Assembly: GCA_038087875.1 (NCBI GenBank)
Contig: CM075997.1
Coordinates: 7,380,001 to 7,444,000, forward strand
Direction: 5' to 3'
Length of the DNA: 64,000 bases
Source of the DNA: Malacoraja senta
Lineage: Eukaryota
Notes under the pieces: model-generated
What the model was told of the DNA's origin: nothing
What the model saw: only the letters and a program-made list of their open reading frames with translations
The model's database searches: none
Shown: positions 13,437-25,899 of the stretch, in pieces
Position numbering within the stretch: position 1 is the stretch's first letter
Layout of the letters: each line of letters begins with the position of its first letter
Program-made: the position numbers and the translations under genes

Positions 13437-14261
13437 CAGATGTTGGAATCTTGCATATAAAGTAATGGAGTAACTCAGCTGATCAGACAGCATCTCTGGA
13501 GGACATGCTTATCCATGTTGCCTTTCCTGCTGAGTTACTAAAGTCTTTAGAATCTAGGTGATGAAAGACATAGATGCAATTGATATAATAAATGGAGTTC
13601 CAAATCAAAACAGATTTGAATGACTGGGGAATTACAAGAATGCTTGCAGAGACTTTAACAATAAGGAAGAGAAAAGCAAGTAAGTTAGTAAAGAAAGTAA
13701 GGTAGTAAAGAAAGCAAACTCAATGCTAGCATTTATTTCAAGAGGGTTTGTATACAAAAACAGAGATGTAATACTGAGGCTCTATAAGGCGCTGGTCAGG
13801 CTGCATTTGGAAAACTGTGAGCAATTTTGGGCACCATATGCAATACAATACAATACAATACGGTTTTATTCGTCACATTGCACATAAAGTGCAAGTGAAA
13901 TGAATTTGCTGAGGAGGGATGTGCTGGCTCTGGAGAGGGTCCAGAGGAGGTTTACAAGAATGAGTAGGTAAACCTATGATAAGCATTTGTCAGCACTGGG
14001 CCTGTACTCGCTGGAGTTGAGAAGAATGAGGAGGGACCTTAGTGAAACTTACAGAATAGTGAAAGGCTTGGATAGAGTGGATGTGGACAGGATGTTTCCA
14101 CTAGTGGGAGAGTCTAGGACTAGAGGGCACCGCATCAGAAGTAAAGGTCGTTCTTTTAGGAAGAGGAGAGATGAGGAGAAATGTCTTTAGTCAGAGATTG
14201 GTGAACCTGTGGAATTCTTTGCCACAGAAGGCTGTGGAGGTCAAGTCAGTGGCTATTTTTA

Positions 14262-14431
14262 ATTGCCTAATTGAAAATTTGGTTTGAGAATGCAAAAGTT
14301 GCCTTGCCTAATTGAAAAGTTGGTTTGAGAATGCAAATGTTGCCTTGCCTAATTGAAAAGTGTGTTTGAAAATGCAAAATTTGCCTTGCCTAATTGAAAA
14401 GTGTGTTTGAAAATGCAAAAGTTGCCTTGCC
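14262..14431 (+). repeat. ~41-bp tandem repeat (~4 copies) abutting the Helitron 5' end
   Basis: Unit TTGCCTTGCCTAATTGAAAAGT(T/G)(G/T)GTTTGA(G/A)AATGCAAAAG. Confidence 0.85.
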
Positions 14432-14432
14432 G

Positions 14433-15393
14433 TCTATATAATTAGAAGTCTAATCTTGACCACTTCCTGTTTGCGCTTTATATTGATTTTATGAAAAAAG
14501 CTACCACGTACCGCTGTGATTTTGGGCCATCTTACTCAGAGGCCATCTCCGCAAATCAGGTGCCGAGGATTTTTCCCATCGATGAACAATAAAAGAATTA
14601 TTAGTGTTTAAAAAATGTTGAGATTCACTCTCCTGTCAATCACGTCATGAAGGCCACTTTGTCTGGTGGGAGGGACTATAAAACCTGGAAGTGTGGGCGT
14701 GGCTCAGTCTCTGCAAGAAGGGGGAGGGAGAGGTCACGACTCTTTGTCTTTAGTGGCCTTGCACCCTGCTTGAAATGGTATGAAACTGCATTTGAATTTG
14801 GTGGCCTTGCATCCTGCTTGAAATGGAATGAAACAGCACTTGAATTTGGTGGCCTTGCACCCTGCTTGAAATGGTAGGAAACTGCACTTGAATTTGGTGG
14901 CCTTGCGGGCTGCTTGAAATGGTAGGAAACTGCACTCGAATTTGGTGGCCTTGCACCCTGCTTGAAGTGATATGACACTGCACTCGAATTTGGTGGCCTT
15001 GCACCCAGCTTGAAGTGGTATGACACTGCACTTGAATTTGGTGGCCTTGCACCCTGCTTGAAGTGGTATGAAATTGCACTTGAATTTGGTGGCCTATTTC
15101 AAGGAATAGCCGTGAGTCAACTGCCAGCCCACCAGCCTTGAGTGAGTGAGCTGCCAGCACACCAGGCTTGAGTGACTGTGCCGCCTGCCCAAGAATCCAT
15201 TTGGCCCACAATGTCCATACTAGCCCACTGTAAACCAGTCCCTTCAGCCCACAACACCCACACTAGCGCTCCAGAAAGCCCCCCCCCCCACCACTGGCCA
15301 CCAATTATGGAATTGGTGGAAAGGTGGAATATTGCGTTGGGGGACCAACCCTCCCGTATGAAGCTGGGACCCAACGGGTCCCACTTAGTCTAG
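14433..15393 (+). mobile_element. Non-autonomous Helitron
   Basis: 5' TCTATATAATTA; subterminal hairpin GGGACCC-AAC-GGGTCCC (15366-15382); 3' CTAG|T. Internal 48-bp tandem array. Confidence 0.8.
14753..15095 (+). repeat. 48-bp tandem repeat (~7 copies) inside the first Helitron
   Basis: Unit GCACCCTGCTTGAAATGGTATGAAACTGCACTTGAATTTGGTGGCCTT. Confidence 0.9.
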
Positions 15394-15685
15394 TGAGAAT
15401 ATAAAAATATGGAGCTGAGCAAATAAACTACTTGTGCAGGGGTGGTAAGCAATCATGAGATATAATATACTCAGCAGGTTTTGGATGAACTGGATCTATA
15501 TTAAAGAAGCTATCTGGAAATATTTGAGGTTGTTGGGTCTCGAGTTACAAGGATCTTTGACCATGACAGTTTATGTTCTCCAAAATTCAGTTATAACCAT
15601 GTAATAATCTTTTATAGATGTTTCATTCATTTGGTAATCCTGATTGTGAATTGCTAACCCATTTAATCTATGCTTTTTTGTTCAG

Positions 15686-15751
15686 ATGGAAATGTGTATT
15701 TCAAATCATTGCTGGACGCTGATAGCCAAACAGTATGTAACGTGATACAAA
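15686..15751 (+). CDS. CATSPERG: CATSPERG exon D (66 nt, phase 1-1): DGNVYFKSLLDADSQTVCNVIQ
   Basis: ttcag|...|gtaaga. Phase-compatible; aligns to DGQVSFEML...SVCEQI. Confidence 0.85.
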
Positions 15752-15791
15752 GTAAGATACTGGAAGTAAATATATTATATTATATAATCTA

Positions 15792-15854
15792 TCTATATAC
15801 TTTTAAAACTCTGTGTGTGTGCGTGCGTGCGTGCGTGCGTGCGTGCGCGCGCGC

Positions 15855-15889
<35 letters not shown>

Positions 15890-17284
15890 AGATTTGGCCT
15901 TTGATTACTTGGTCCGCCAAAACCACACGCGAAAACTCCGAGATTTTTTCCATTTCGCTAGACATTACACTTTTACATACCCTAATACACTCCATATTAG
16001 ATTCAGACATTTTTTGTACACATTTTAAAATAAAATCCATACCCCCCCCCCCCACTCACTCACTTTGTCGCCACCTGCTGGCCAGCCACCATAACGGCTG
16101 CTGCCGCCCGGCTCTGCTCCAAAAACGGCGACATTTTTATTCTTTCGCTGGCGATTTTCGCTGCTGCCGCCCGCCTCTCCTCCACTACCCCCCGCCCACC
16201 CCCGGGCCGGCTCTCTCACGCTGGCTCAAGCGCCCGGCTCTCCTCCAAAAAGCTGACATTTTAATTTTTTTGCGGGCGATTTTCGCCACTGCCGCCCGCC
16301 TCTCCTCCACTGTCCGGCTCTGTCACGCTGGTGGGTGCGCTTCCCTTAGCGGAAGCCATGATCGGCTGGTCCCCCCGCTGCTTTTCACTGTCCTCAGATC
16401 GCTCGCTGCCGCCCCGCCCCCCTCCACTCTCTCTCTCCCCTCTCTCCCCTTTCTCTCTCTCCCCCTCCCCCCTCTCTCCCCCTCTCCCTCTCCCTCCCAC
16501 TTCTCCCTCTCACTCTCCCCGCTCTCTCTCTCCCCCCTCTCTCTTTTCCCCCCTCTCTCTTATCCCCCCCTCTCTCTCTTTCCACTCTCTCTCTCCCCTC
16601 TCTCCCCCCTCCACTCTCTCTCTCCTCTCTCTCTCCCCCCTCTCTCTCCCTCCCCTCCCAGTCTCTCTCCCCCTCCCTCTCACTCACCCCCTCCCTCTCA
16701 CTCTCCCCCTCTCTCTCACCCCCTTCCTCTCCCCCAACCCCCTGCCCTCCACACCTCCCTCCCCTTAACCCCCTTCCCCCTCCCCTCCACACCCTCCCCT
16801 CCACCCCTCCCCTACCCCTTCCCTCCACCCCCTTCCCTCCACCTCCCCCTCCCTTCCCCCCACCTCTCCCCTCCCTTCCCACCCCCTCTCCCCCTTCTCT
16901 TCCCCCCCTCAGCCTCCCTTTCCCCCTTCTCTCTCCTCCCATCTCTCGCTCCCCTCCTCCCCCACCATCCCCCCTCACCCACCCTCCCTCTCCCCCCCCC
17001 CTCCACCCCCCCTCTCCCTCTGTCTCTTGCCCTTCTGTCTCTGCCTCTCTCTCTGTCTCTTCCAATTCTCTCTCTGTCCTCACTCTCTACCACCCCTCCC
17101 TCTCTAGACGCGCCTGCGAGTTGGGGGCTATGCGTCAGTGGATAGGGCGGTTATGGGGTAAAAGGAGGTAGTTAGTGTGTGTGTGAGGGTGGTTAGTGTG
17201 TCTGGTGCTGCATGCCGCCCCATCCCCCCTCCCCCGCAAACGCGCGTTGGGGGAACAGACCCAACGGGTCTGCACTTGGTCTAG
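15792..17284 (+). mobile_element. Non-autonomous Helitron
   Basis: A|TCTATATAC start; hairpin CAGACCC-AAC-GGGTCTG (17256-17272); CTAG|T end; no TSD. Internal (GT)n/(GC)n and polypyrimidine tracts. Confidence 0.85.
16420..17105 (+). repeat. ~690-bp polypyrimidine (C/T) low-complexity tract
   Basis: Almost entirely C and T; lies inside the second Helitron. Confidence 0.95.
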
Positions 17285-18177
17285 TAAACTATAACGTTTT
17301 CATAGCTTTGTTTGCATTATCATCCAGTCAATCATGAGTGACACTTAAATTAAAGGCTTTAGAATGATCATAAATGCATTGAGATCAAACTGATGAACTA
17401 TAGAAAATCATGCACCCTGTTCATATCTCCACCACATCTAAGGCTCAATTTTACTTTCAAGTTTTTTTCTTTTTAAAGAGTTAACTTAATTTTATAAAGA
17501 TTGGAGGAACAGCATCTCATATTTTACTTGGGCAGCTTACAACCCAGTGGTATGAATATTGATTTCTCTAACTTCAAGTAACCCCTGCATTCCCCCTCTC
17601 GCCGTCCCCCACCCAAGTCGCACCAGCTTCTCGTTCTCAGCTAACAAAGGCCTGTTTCATTCATTTGTTCTATATCTCTCTACATCACTGTCTATATCTG
17701 TCGTTTCCTTTCCCCTGACGAGTCTGAAGATGGGTCTGGAAGCGAAAAGTCACCCATTCGTTCTCTCCAGAGATGTTGCCTGTCCCACTGAGTTATTCCA
17801 GCATTTTGTGTCTACCTTCTTTATAAAGATTCATTATGGGCAAGAAATGTCATGCTGCTTGCCGTTTGAACATATGGCCAGTGAAAATGTGTTGCCCTCA
17901 TTGTTTCATATGAGGTTGGATGACTTAAGTTACCATCAGGCAGTAATTTGAAAATCCCCTACTAAATTTTAAGATGTAGTTTCAATCAGAAGCAATGCAG
18001 GCCACTCATTTAGAAAATGTCTGTTCAATTGAAATTGTAAATTATTAAAGGAGGGTAATCACTTGTATTTTTTACGGGGAGTTATTTGCAAATCAACTCT
18101 AAAGCTTTCAGGGGTCAAAAGGGTTTTGCGGCATCTTCATTCACGGGCCTTGCTAAAGGTAACAAGGAAGCGAGTGG

Positions 18178-19010
18178 TGGAGCCATCGAGTGTGGCAGCC
18201 TTGCCAGCGGCTGTCTGTCCTTTCATGCTTTTTGTTATTTTTAGCCTGTCTAAAAGTTTGTTTTTGGAGGTCTTTTAGTCTTTTTTATGTGGGGGGGGGG
18301 GGGAGGGGGAACCGTTTTTCTCAGTCACTACCTGGTCGAGGATGCGTCTTTCCTCCGAGCCGCATCCGAGCCGCATCCTCGCCCCCTCCTCACGGCTTAC
18401 CATCTGGATTGGCGCGGCCGTTCCTGCCGGACACCGGCCAGAGCTTCAGCGGCGGCGCAGCACTGGATTACCACCGCGGAGCGGGTGATGCCTTACCGGG
18501 AACGCCGTGTTGGAGCTCCGGAATGTTGGGCCTGCCGACTTTAACATCGTGGAGCTGTGGTCTGCAGAGCTTCCAGCCGCGGGCGGCGCTGACTCTAACA
18601 TCGCGGAGGCCTGGGGATCATTGCCGGGGTTGCCAGCGTTGAATCTCCGCCCAGCTCGGCCTGTGGACTTCGGGAGCCGCGGTCTCCGGTAGGAAACGGC
18701 CGATTCGGAACTCCAGGTTGCTGAGAGTGTTCTCCCAACGCCAGAGCTCCATCATCCCGGCGAGAGGGCCTGAAACATCGGGCAGCCATAGCGGCGACTG
18801 CGGAGGCTTCAATAGGCCCCGACCACGGGGGAACAAGAGGAAGAGGACTGAACTTTGTTGCCTTCCCTCAGTGGGAAACATTGATTCTGCTGTGGGGGGA
18901 TTGTTTTATGTTAAATTCTATAGTTGTGTTTATCTTATTTGTGTGCTGCATGGTAACTGAAATGTCACTGCACCAATTGGTGTATGTGACAATAAATGTC
19001 CTTTGTCCTT
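18178..19010 (+). mobile_element. GC-rich non-coding retroelement; relatives at 21925-22608 (+), 49014-49870 (-), 53197-54043 (-), 56626-57055 (-)
   Basis: Shared GC-rich body, a conserved TGCCTTC..CACAGTG..CTGTG..GATG stem-loop and LINE-like tails with short tandem repeats. Confidence 0.7.
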
Positions 19011-19573
19011 TATATATAGGAAGGAACTGCAGATGCTGGTTTACATCGATCATAGACACAAATTGCGGGAGCAACTCAGTGGGTCTGGCAGCATCTCTGG
19101 AGAAAGGGAATAGGTGACATTTTGGGCTGAGACCCTCTCTGGAGAAAAGGAATAGGTGTGTACAGATCACTTTGTGAAGAGTACTTTAATGGTGGTCTTG
19201 GTGGATTGGCAGCAACATCAGCATGATGAAGGCTCAAAGGCAATGGAGCATTGTCTGATGACCCGAGAGAAGAAGGAGCATAAAGACATTTGCTTGCAGA
19301 GCCAGTGGCCAACTGTATGCAGGGAGTCATTACACCATCTCCAATTTCTAACTATGCAATGTATCTGATTGCTGCCCTCATTCAGATCCAGGCATGCGCT
19401 TGAATCTGTACTATTTTGTCTGTTGAGACAAGGTTACTGTTGCTCAGAACAGCTTAGCTTGGGATTATTCCAGGTAGTCACCAGTTCATCTATGCCTTAA
19501 AAAGCAAGTACATGAAGGACAACACTGATGTTCTGGTCTTGCACCTGAAGTGAGTCTGACATATTTTAACCAG

Positions 19574-19754
19574 GGTAGACAAAAGTGCTGGAGAAACTCA
19601 GCGGGTGCGGCAGCATCTATGGAGCGAAGGAAATAGGCAACGTTTCGGGCCGAAACCCTTCTTCTGACTGGGTTTCGGCCCGAAACGTTGCCTATTTCCT
19701 TCGCTCCACAGATGCTGCCGCACCCGCTGAGTTTCTCCAGCACTTTTGTCTACC
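19574..19754. repeat. Near-perfect inverted repeat (~85-bp arms) formed by two Penelope-derived terminal segments; similar fold-backs at ~6648-6810, 25922-26066, 41598-41820, 50323-50490
   Basis: GTAGACAAAAGTGCTGGAGAAACTCAGCGGG... followed by its reverse complement. Confidence 0.85.
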
Positions 19755-20138
19755 TTTGATTTTCCAGCATCTGCAGTTTAACCAGGGCCTGGGAGCAAGC
19801 ACTAGCAATAATCACTGGCAGAATTCCTGCCACGAGGATATGAATGCATATGCAAGCAGACATAGAAGCATAGAAACAACACTAGGTCATTTAGTGCTTT
19901 GGGTCTGCCCCACAAATCAATATGGCTGATCATTCACCAGTATCTTTTTCTCACCTCCACCCAATGTCCCATGATCCCAGACCTTTAAATTACAGACATG
20001 AGTTGTGAAGATGATAAATTTAAATTTCAAATGACATATCCTACCATATGTTCTATCAGCCACCACTGCCTCCCCTCCATTTCGAATGAATACCCTTCCT
20101 TGGTGGGCACCTTAAGATTCCCTGAGATAAAGGAGGTG

Positions 20139-21674
20139 CAATGCCCTCCAAAGACCCATCATTTATTTATTTGCCTCTGTACTCCACAATTTGAGATTTG
20201 TAATAGAAAAAAAAAGATGTGGTTAAAGTGCACATTGTCAGATTTTATTAAAGGGTATTTTTATACATTTTGGTTTGACCATGTAGAAATTACAGCTATG
20301 TTTATACATAGTTCCCCCATTTCAGGGCACCATCATGTTTGGAACACATGGCTTCACAGGCATTTGTAATTACTCAGGTGGGTTTTAATACCTCCTTAAT
20401 GCAGGTATAAGAGAGCTCTCAGCACCTGGTCTTTCCTCCAGTCTTTCTATCACCTTTGGAAACTTTTATTGCTGTTTATCAACATGAGGACCAAAGTTGT
20501 GCCAATGAAGGTCAAACAAGCCATTATGAGACTGAGAAACAAGAATAAAACTGTTAAAAACATCAGCCAAACCTGTTTGGAACATCATTAAGAAGAAAGA
20601 GCACTGGTGAGCTTACTAATCACAAAGGGACTGGCAGGCCAAGGAAGACCTCCACAGCTGATGACAGAAGAATTTCTCTATAATAAATAAAAATCCCCAA
20701 ACACCTGTCCGACAGATCAGAAACACTCTTCAGGAGTCAGGTGTGGATTTGTCAATGACCACTGTCCGCAGAAGACTTCATGAACAGAAATACAGAGGCT
20801 ACACTGCAAGATGCAAACCACTAGTTAGCCGCAAAAATAGGATACCAGGTTAGTTTGCCAAGAAATACTTAAAAGAGCAACCACAGTTCTGGAAAAAGGT
20901 CTGGTGGACTGATGAGACGAAGATTAACTTACATCAGAGTGATGGCAAGAGCAAAGTATGGAGGAGAGAAGGAACTGCCCAAGATCAAAAGCATACCACC
21001 TCATCTGTGAAACACGGTGGTGGGGGTGTTATGGCCTGGGCATGTATGGCTGCTGAAGGTACTGACTTATCTACATTGATGATACAACTGCTGATGGTAG
21101 TAGCATAATGAATTCTGAAGTGTATAGACACATCCTATCTTCAAACAAATGCCTCAAAGCTCATTGGCCGGTGGTTCATTCTACAGCAAGAAAATGATCC
21201 CAAACATACTGCTAAAGCAACAAAGGAGTTTTTCAAAGCTAAAAAATGGTCAATTCTTGAGTGGCCAAGTCAATCACTCGATCTGAACCCAATTGAGCAT
21301 GTCTTTTAAATGCTGAAGAGAAAACTGAAGGGGACTAGCCCCCAAAACAAAAATAAGCTGAAGATGGCTGCAATACAGGCCTGGCAGAGCATCACCAGAG
21401 AAGACACCCAGCAACTGGTGATGTCCATGACATTTACATGACATTGCTGTGTCCCAAACATTATGGTGCCCTGAAATGGGGGAACTATGTATAAACACTG
21501 CTGTAATTTCTACATGGTGAAACCAAAATGTATAAAAATGGCCTTTCTTAAAATCTTGACAATGTGCACATTAACCACATGTGATTTTTTTCTATTACAA
21601 ATCTCAACTTTGTGGAGTGCTGAGGCAAATAAATAAATGATGTGTCTTTATCCCAAACATTATGGAGGGCACTG
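20139..21674 (+). mobile_element. Decayed Tc1/mariner DNA transposon with ~200-bp TIRs
   Basis: Ends CA(A/G)TGCCCTCCA...TGGAGGGCACTG|TA. Frameshifted transposase remnant from ATG 20484 with [26 protein letters not shown] and [13 protein letters not shown]. Confidence 0.92.
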
Positions 21675-22977
21675 TACATGTGACAATAAAATATCATTGA
21701 ATCATCAAAACAATATGTGTAGGAAGGAACTGCAGATGCTGGTTTCAACCGAAGGTAGACACAAAAAGCTGGAAGAGAAGAAATGGGTGACGTTTCGGGT
21801 TGAGACCCTTCTTCAGACTGAAATTCACGAGAAATTAGATATATATTTTGATTCCCTTTCCCGTGACTTTTAGTCTGAAGAAGGGTCCCGACCTGAAAGG
21901 TCATTCATTTCTTCTCTCCACAGAAGGGGGAAACTTTATTTCCTAGTCCCTACCTGGTCGGAGAGGCAGCTTCCTTCCGAGCTGCTTCTTCGCCCCCCTC
22001 CTCGCGGCCTACCATCGAAACTGGAGCGGCGTTTCCTGTCGGGACCGGCCGGGACTACAGCTTCGCCGGCGGCGCAGCGCAGGGACACCATCATGGAGTG
22101 GGCGATGCCTTACCGGGTCGCCGTGCGGTAAGCTCCGGAGTGCGGTGACCGCCGACTCCAACATCCGAGGAGCTGTGGCTGCGGGCATCCAGCTGCTGGC
22201 GGCGCTGGATTTAAAACACCGCGGAGCCTGGGATCCAAGATCGCCAGAGTCGGAGCTCCAGCCAGCGCGGCCTGAGGACTACGGGTGCCGCGGTCTCCGG
22301 GGAGGAAGCGGCCGCTCCAGGCGTTTCCAAGCCGCTGAGGAGTGTTTCCCCGACGCCGGAGTTCCAGCTTTCCGGCAAGAGGGCCTGAAAACATCGGACT
22401 GGCTGCGGAGGCCACAATAGGCCCGACTATGGGTGATCAGGGGATGGGACTGGACTTTGCTGCCTTCCCCCACAGTGGGGGGATGTTTTTATGTTCATTG
22501 TTAAATTCTTTAATGTTGTGTCTTACCTTTATTCGTGTGCTGCATTGGCAAGTCAAATTTCACTGCACCATTTGGTGTATGTGATAATAAATGTCCTTTG
22601 TATCCTTGTATACTGCCTGTCCCATCAAAACAATATGTCCCTTTTTGCTGAGAGAACATACTTAACAGGGATATTAGTCCTGTCCCAAATCCCCACGTAA
22701 AGGAAAGAATGGTAGGAGTTGGAACACACTGTACATTGTTGAACCTGTACTAATTGTCATGTTTATTGTCAAATGCTTATTTGAATGTACTTCTCTCAAT
22801 GATATTCCCTTGGCTGAGAAAGGAATTATTCATCTGCAAATCTTGTATTTCAATAACTACAAAAATCTCCAGAAAAAAATGTTCTTATTTTTTCGCCCAA
22901 TATCATGGACTTGTTGAAGTAGCAATGAAACTTTCCTATCAACTTAATCAGTAAACACGCATTGTGTTTTCTTTTAG

Positions 22978-23097
22978 GAGATTGCCTGGTGCTCTGGGCT
23001 GCTATTGATAGATTCCAGGACGCTGCTCTTCTTCTGGTTGAAGGAATAATATTTGAATTTCAAAACCCGGTGTATTACCTGATATATTATTATTTTG
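22978..23097 (+). CDS. CATSPERG: CATSPERG exon E (120 nt, phase 1-1): RDCLVLWAAIDRFQDAALLLVEGIIFEFQNPVYYLIYYYF
   Basis: ttttag|...|gtatgt. Phase-compatible; aligns to TCSIIWS...LLLLVE. Confidence 0.85.
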
Positions 23098-25848
23098 GTA
23101 TGTATACATTCCAAGTCCTGACCTACTATCTACCTCATTGGTGACTGTTGGAACACTCTTAATCAGACTTTGCTGGCTTTACCGTGCACTAAATCGGACT
23201 TTGCTGGCCCTACCTTATCATGTATCTATACACTGTAAATGGCTCGATTGTAATCATGTATTATCTTTCTGCTGACTGGATAGCAGGCAAAATAAAGCTT
23301 ATAACTGTACCTCGGTACATGTGACAATACACTAAACTGAACTATAGATGTTTAATTTATTAAACTTAATTATATTACAAACAAAATTAGATTATACTAT
23401 TCACATGAGTTGGACTGCTCTTGCCTAGGCCTTTCCTTTCTAGACCTGTAGACCAGTGATCTAGATTCATTCATTCCTATATTGTCAAGCTTGAAAGGGT
23501 TCAGAGAAGATTTACAAGCATGTTGCCAGGACTAGACGGTCTGAGCTATAGGGAGAGGTTGAGTAGGCTGGGCCTCCATTCCTTGGAGCGCAGGGGGATA
23601 AGGAATGATCTTATAGAGGTGTATAAAATCATGAGAGGAATAGATCGGGTAGATGCACAGAATCTCTTGCCCAGAGTGGGGGGAATCAAGGACCAGAGGA
23701 CATAGGTTCAAGGTGAAGGGGAAAAGATTTAATAGGAATCTGACGGGTAACCTTTTCACACAAAGGGTGGTGGGTGTATGGAACAAGCTGCCAGAGGAGG
23801 TAGTTGAGGCTGGGACTATCCCAACGTTTAATAAACTGTTAGACAGGTATATGGATAGGCCAAGTTTGGAGGGATATGGACCATACGCAGGCAGGTGGGA
23901 CTAGTGTAACTGGGACATATTGGCCAGTGTGGGCAAGTTGGGCTGAAGGGTCTGTTTCCACACTGTATCACTCTATGACTCTGACTCTATATATCATCTG
24001 AATATTGCCCAGCAAAGACATCCTCTGAAAGATGATAAATTTGACTTGTATGCTTATCTCGTCACCATGTCTCTTGAATATCATCTCTCTGTCCTCATAT
24101 TTCTGCCCCCTTCATTAGAAATCCTAAAACTACATTCATGTTATAAAATTGATTTTATGGGTATAAATTCTATCTCCTCCTCCTTGCGCACTGTCTCAGA
24201 TTGAACCTAATTGATAATTTTTGTTTGACTCAAAGCTATCTTTCAAATTCCATATCCTCTCCATTGCAGAAATTAGCGATGTCCATCCACTTAACATTAC
24301 ACTTCGTCTACCCATTTGTCAACTAAATCCACTTTCCTATTTTGTTGTGTCCATCGCAATGCTCCCTGGTCTGTTTCCAATAATACCCAAAGTTCTGCTG
24401 CCTATATCTTTATGTACACCATCCTATTAAGTCTTTTGCACACTCACCTACAATATGCCCAAACAAGTTCAGGATTCACTTAAAGTGAAAAGGTTGTATT
24501 TTAAAATTGTTTTGTTCTTAAACCTTGAGCTCTCGATGTCCCATTAAAGAGGATGTTGCCAGGACTTGAGGGTCTGAGCTATAGGGAGAGATTGAGCAGG
24601 CTGGGACTCTATTCCTTGGAGCACAGCAGGATGACGGGTGATCTTATATAGTATTGTAAAATCATGAGAGGAATATATTGGGTAGACGTACAAAATCTCT
24701 TGCCCAGAGGAAGGGAATCACGGACTAGGGCACCCAAGTTTTAGTTGAATGGAAAAGATTTAATAGGAATCTGAGGCGTAACTTTTTCACGCAAAGCGTG
24801 GTGGGTGTATGGAATGAGCTGCCAGAAGAGGTAGTTGAGGTGGGGACTATTGCAACATTTATGAAACAATTGGACAGGTGCATGGACAGGACAGGTTTGG
24901 AGGGATATGGGCCAAACGAAGGGAGGTGGAACTAGTGTAGATGGGACATGGTCGTTTTCAAGAGAGAGTTAGATTTAGCTCTTAGGGCTAAAGGAATCAA
25001 GGGATATGGGGTAAAAGAAAGAACGGGGTACTGAATTTGGATGATCAGCCATGATCATATTGAATGGCGATGCTGGGTCGAAGGGCCTTCTCCTGCACCT
25101 ATTTTCTATGTTTCTATGTTTATGTTGGTCGGTGTGGGCAAGTTCGGCCGAAAGGTCTGTTTCCACACTGTATGACTCTATGACAAAGGTGGATCGCTGA
25201 TCATCAACCTGGGTCCTCAAAGAGGCCTCATAGGGTCGTAAAGAAGGCTTTTGGAACTTTGGCCTTCATCAGTCAGGATACTGAGTATAGAGGCTTGGAC
25301 TTTATTTTGGGATGTTCAGTTTTGGAAAGAGTGTAGAGAAGATGAACAAGGACATTGTCAGGACTCAATGGCCTGTGCTATACTAAGAAGTGTGGCAGGC
25401 TAGGTGTAATTACTTGGAATGCAGAAGGCTGAGGGGTGATGTTATAGAGGTGTATAACAACATGAGGGGAATAGATCGAGTGAATGCAGAGTAGAGTACC
25501 CAAAGTAGAGGACATATTTTTAAGGTGTGAGCTGTGACCTTTTCATTCAGAGGGTGGTGGGTATATGGAGTGAACTGCTGGAGGTGATAGTTGAGGCAGG
25601 TACTATAACAGCATTTAAAAGATGCTTGGACAGGAAAATGAATAGAAAACATTTAGAGGGATATGGGCCAAACACAGGCAAGTGGAATAAGCGTGGATGG
25701 GGGATCTTGGTCAGCCATCTTAATAGATTTTTTAAAACATCTTGATCCTTCTTCAAATTAAGTCAAAAAATATCAAAGTAAATAAAGCAAAAGATTTCCT
25801 TGTTACCCCTTTTAATTAATATTTTTCCTGCTCACATTTGTCCTACAG

Positions 25849-25899
25849 AATCAAAAAATTTCAGAATTCATTATACACTTCCTGAATTTGTTCCTGAAG
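25849..25899 (+). CDS. CATSPERG: CATSPERG exon F (51 nt, phase 1-1): ESKNFRIHYTLPEFVPE
   Basis: ctacag|...|gtaaga. Aligns to LLYHIPEFIPE. Confidence 0.9.

Noticed and set aside
14753..15095. Regular 48-bp array resembling a CRISPR array or repeat protein
   Set aside because: No unique spacers, eukaryotic context, and it lies inside a Helitron; an ordinary minisatellite.
15670..17145. 491-aa Pro/Leu/Ser-rich ORF and antisense Gly/Glu/Arg-rich ORFs
   Set aside because: Read-through from exon D into microsatellite and polypyrimidine tracts of a Helitron; low-complexity artefact.
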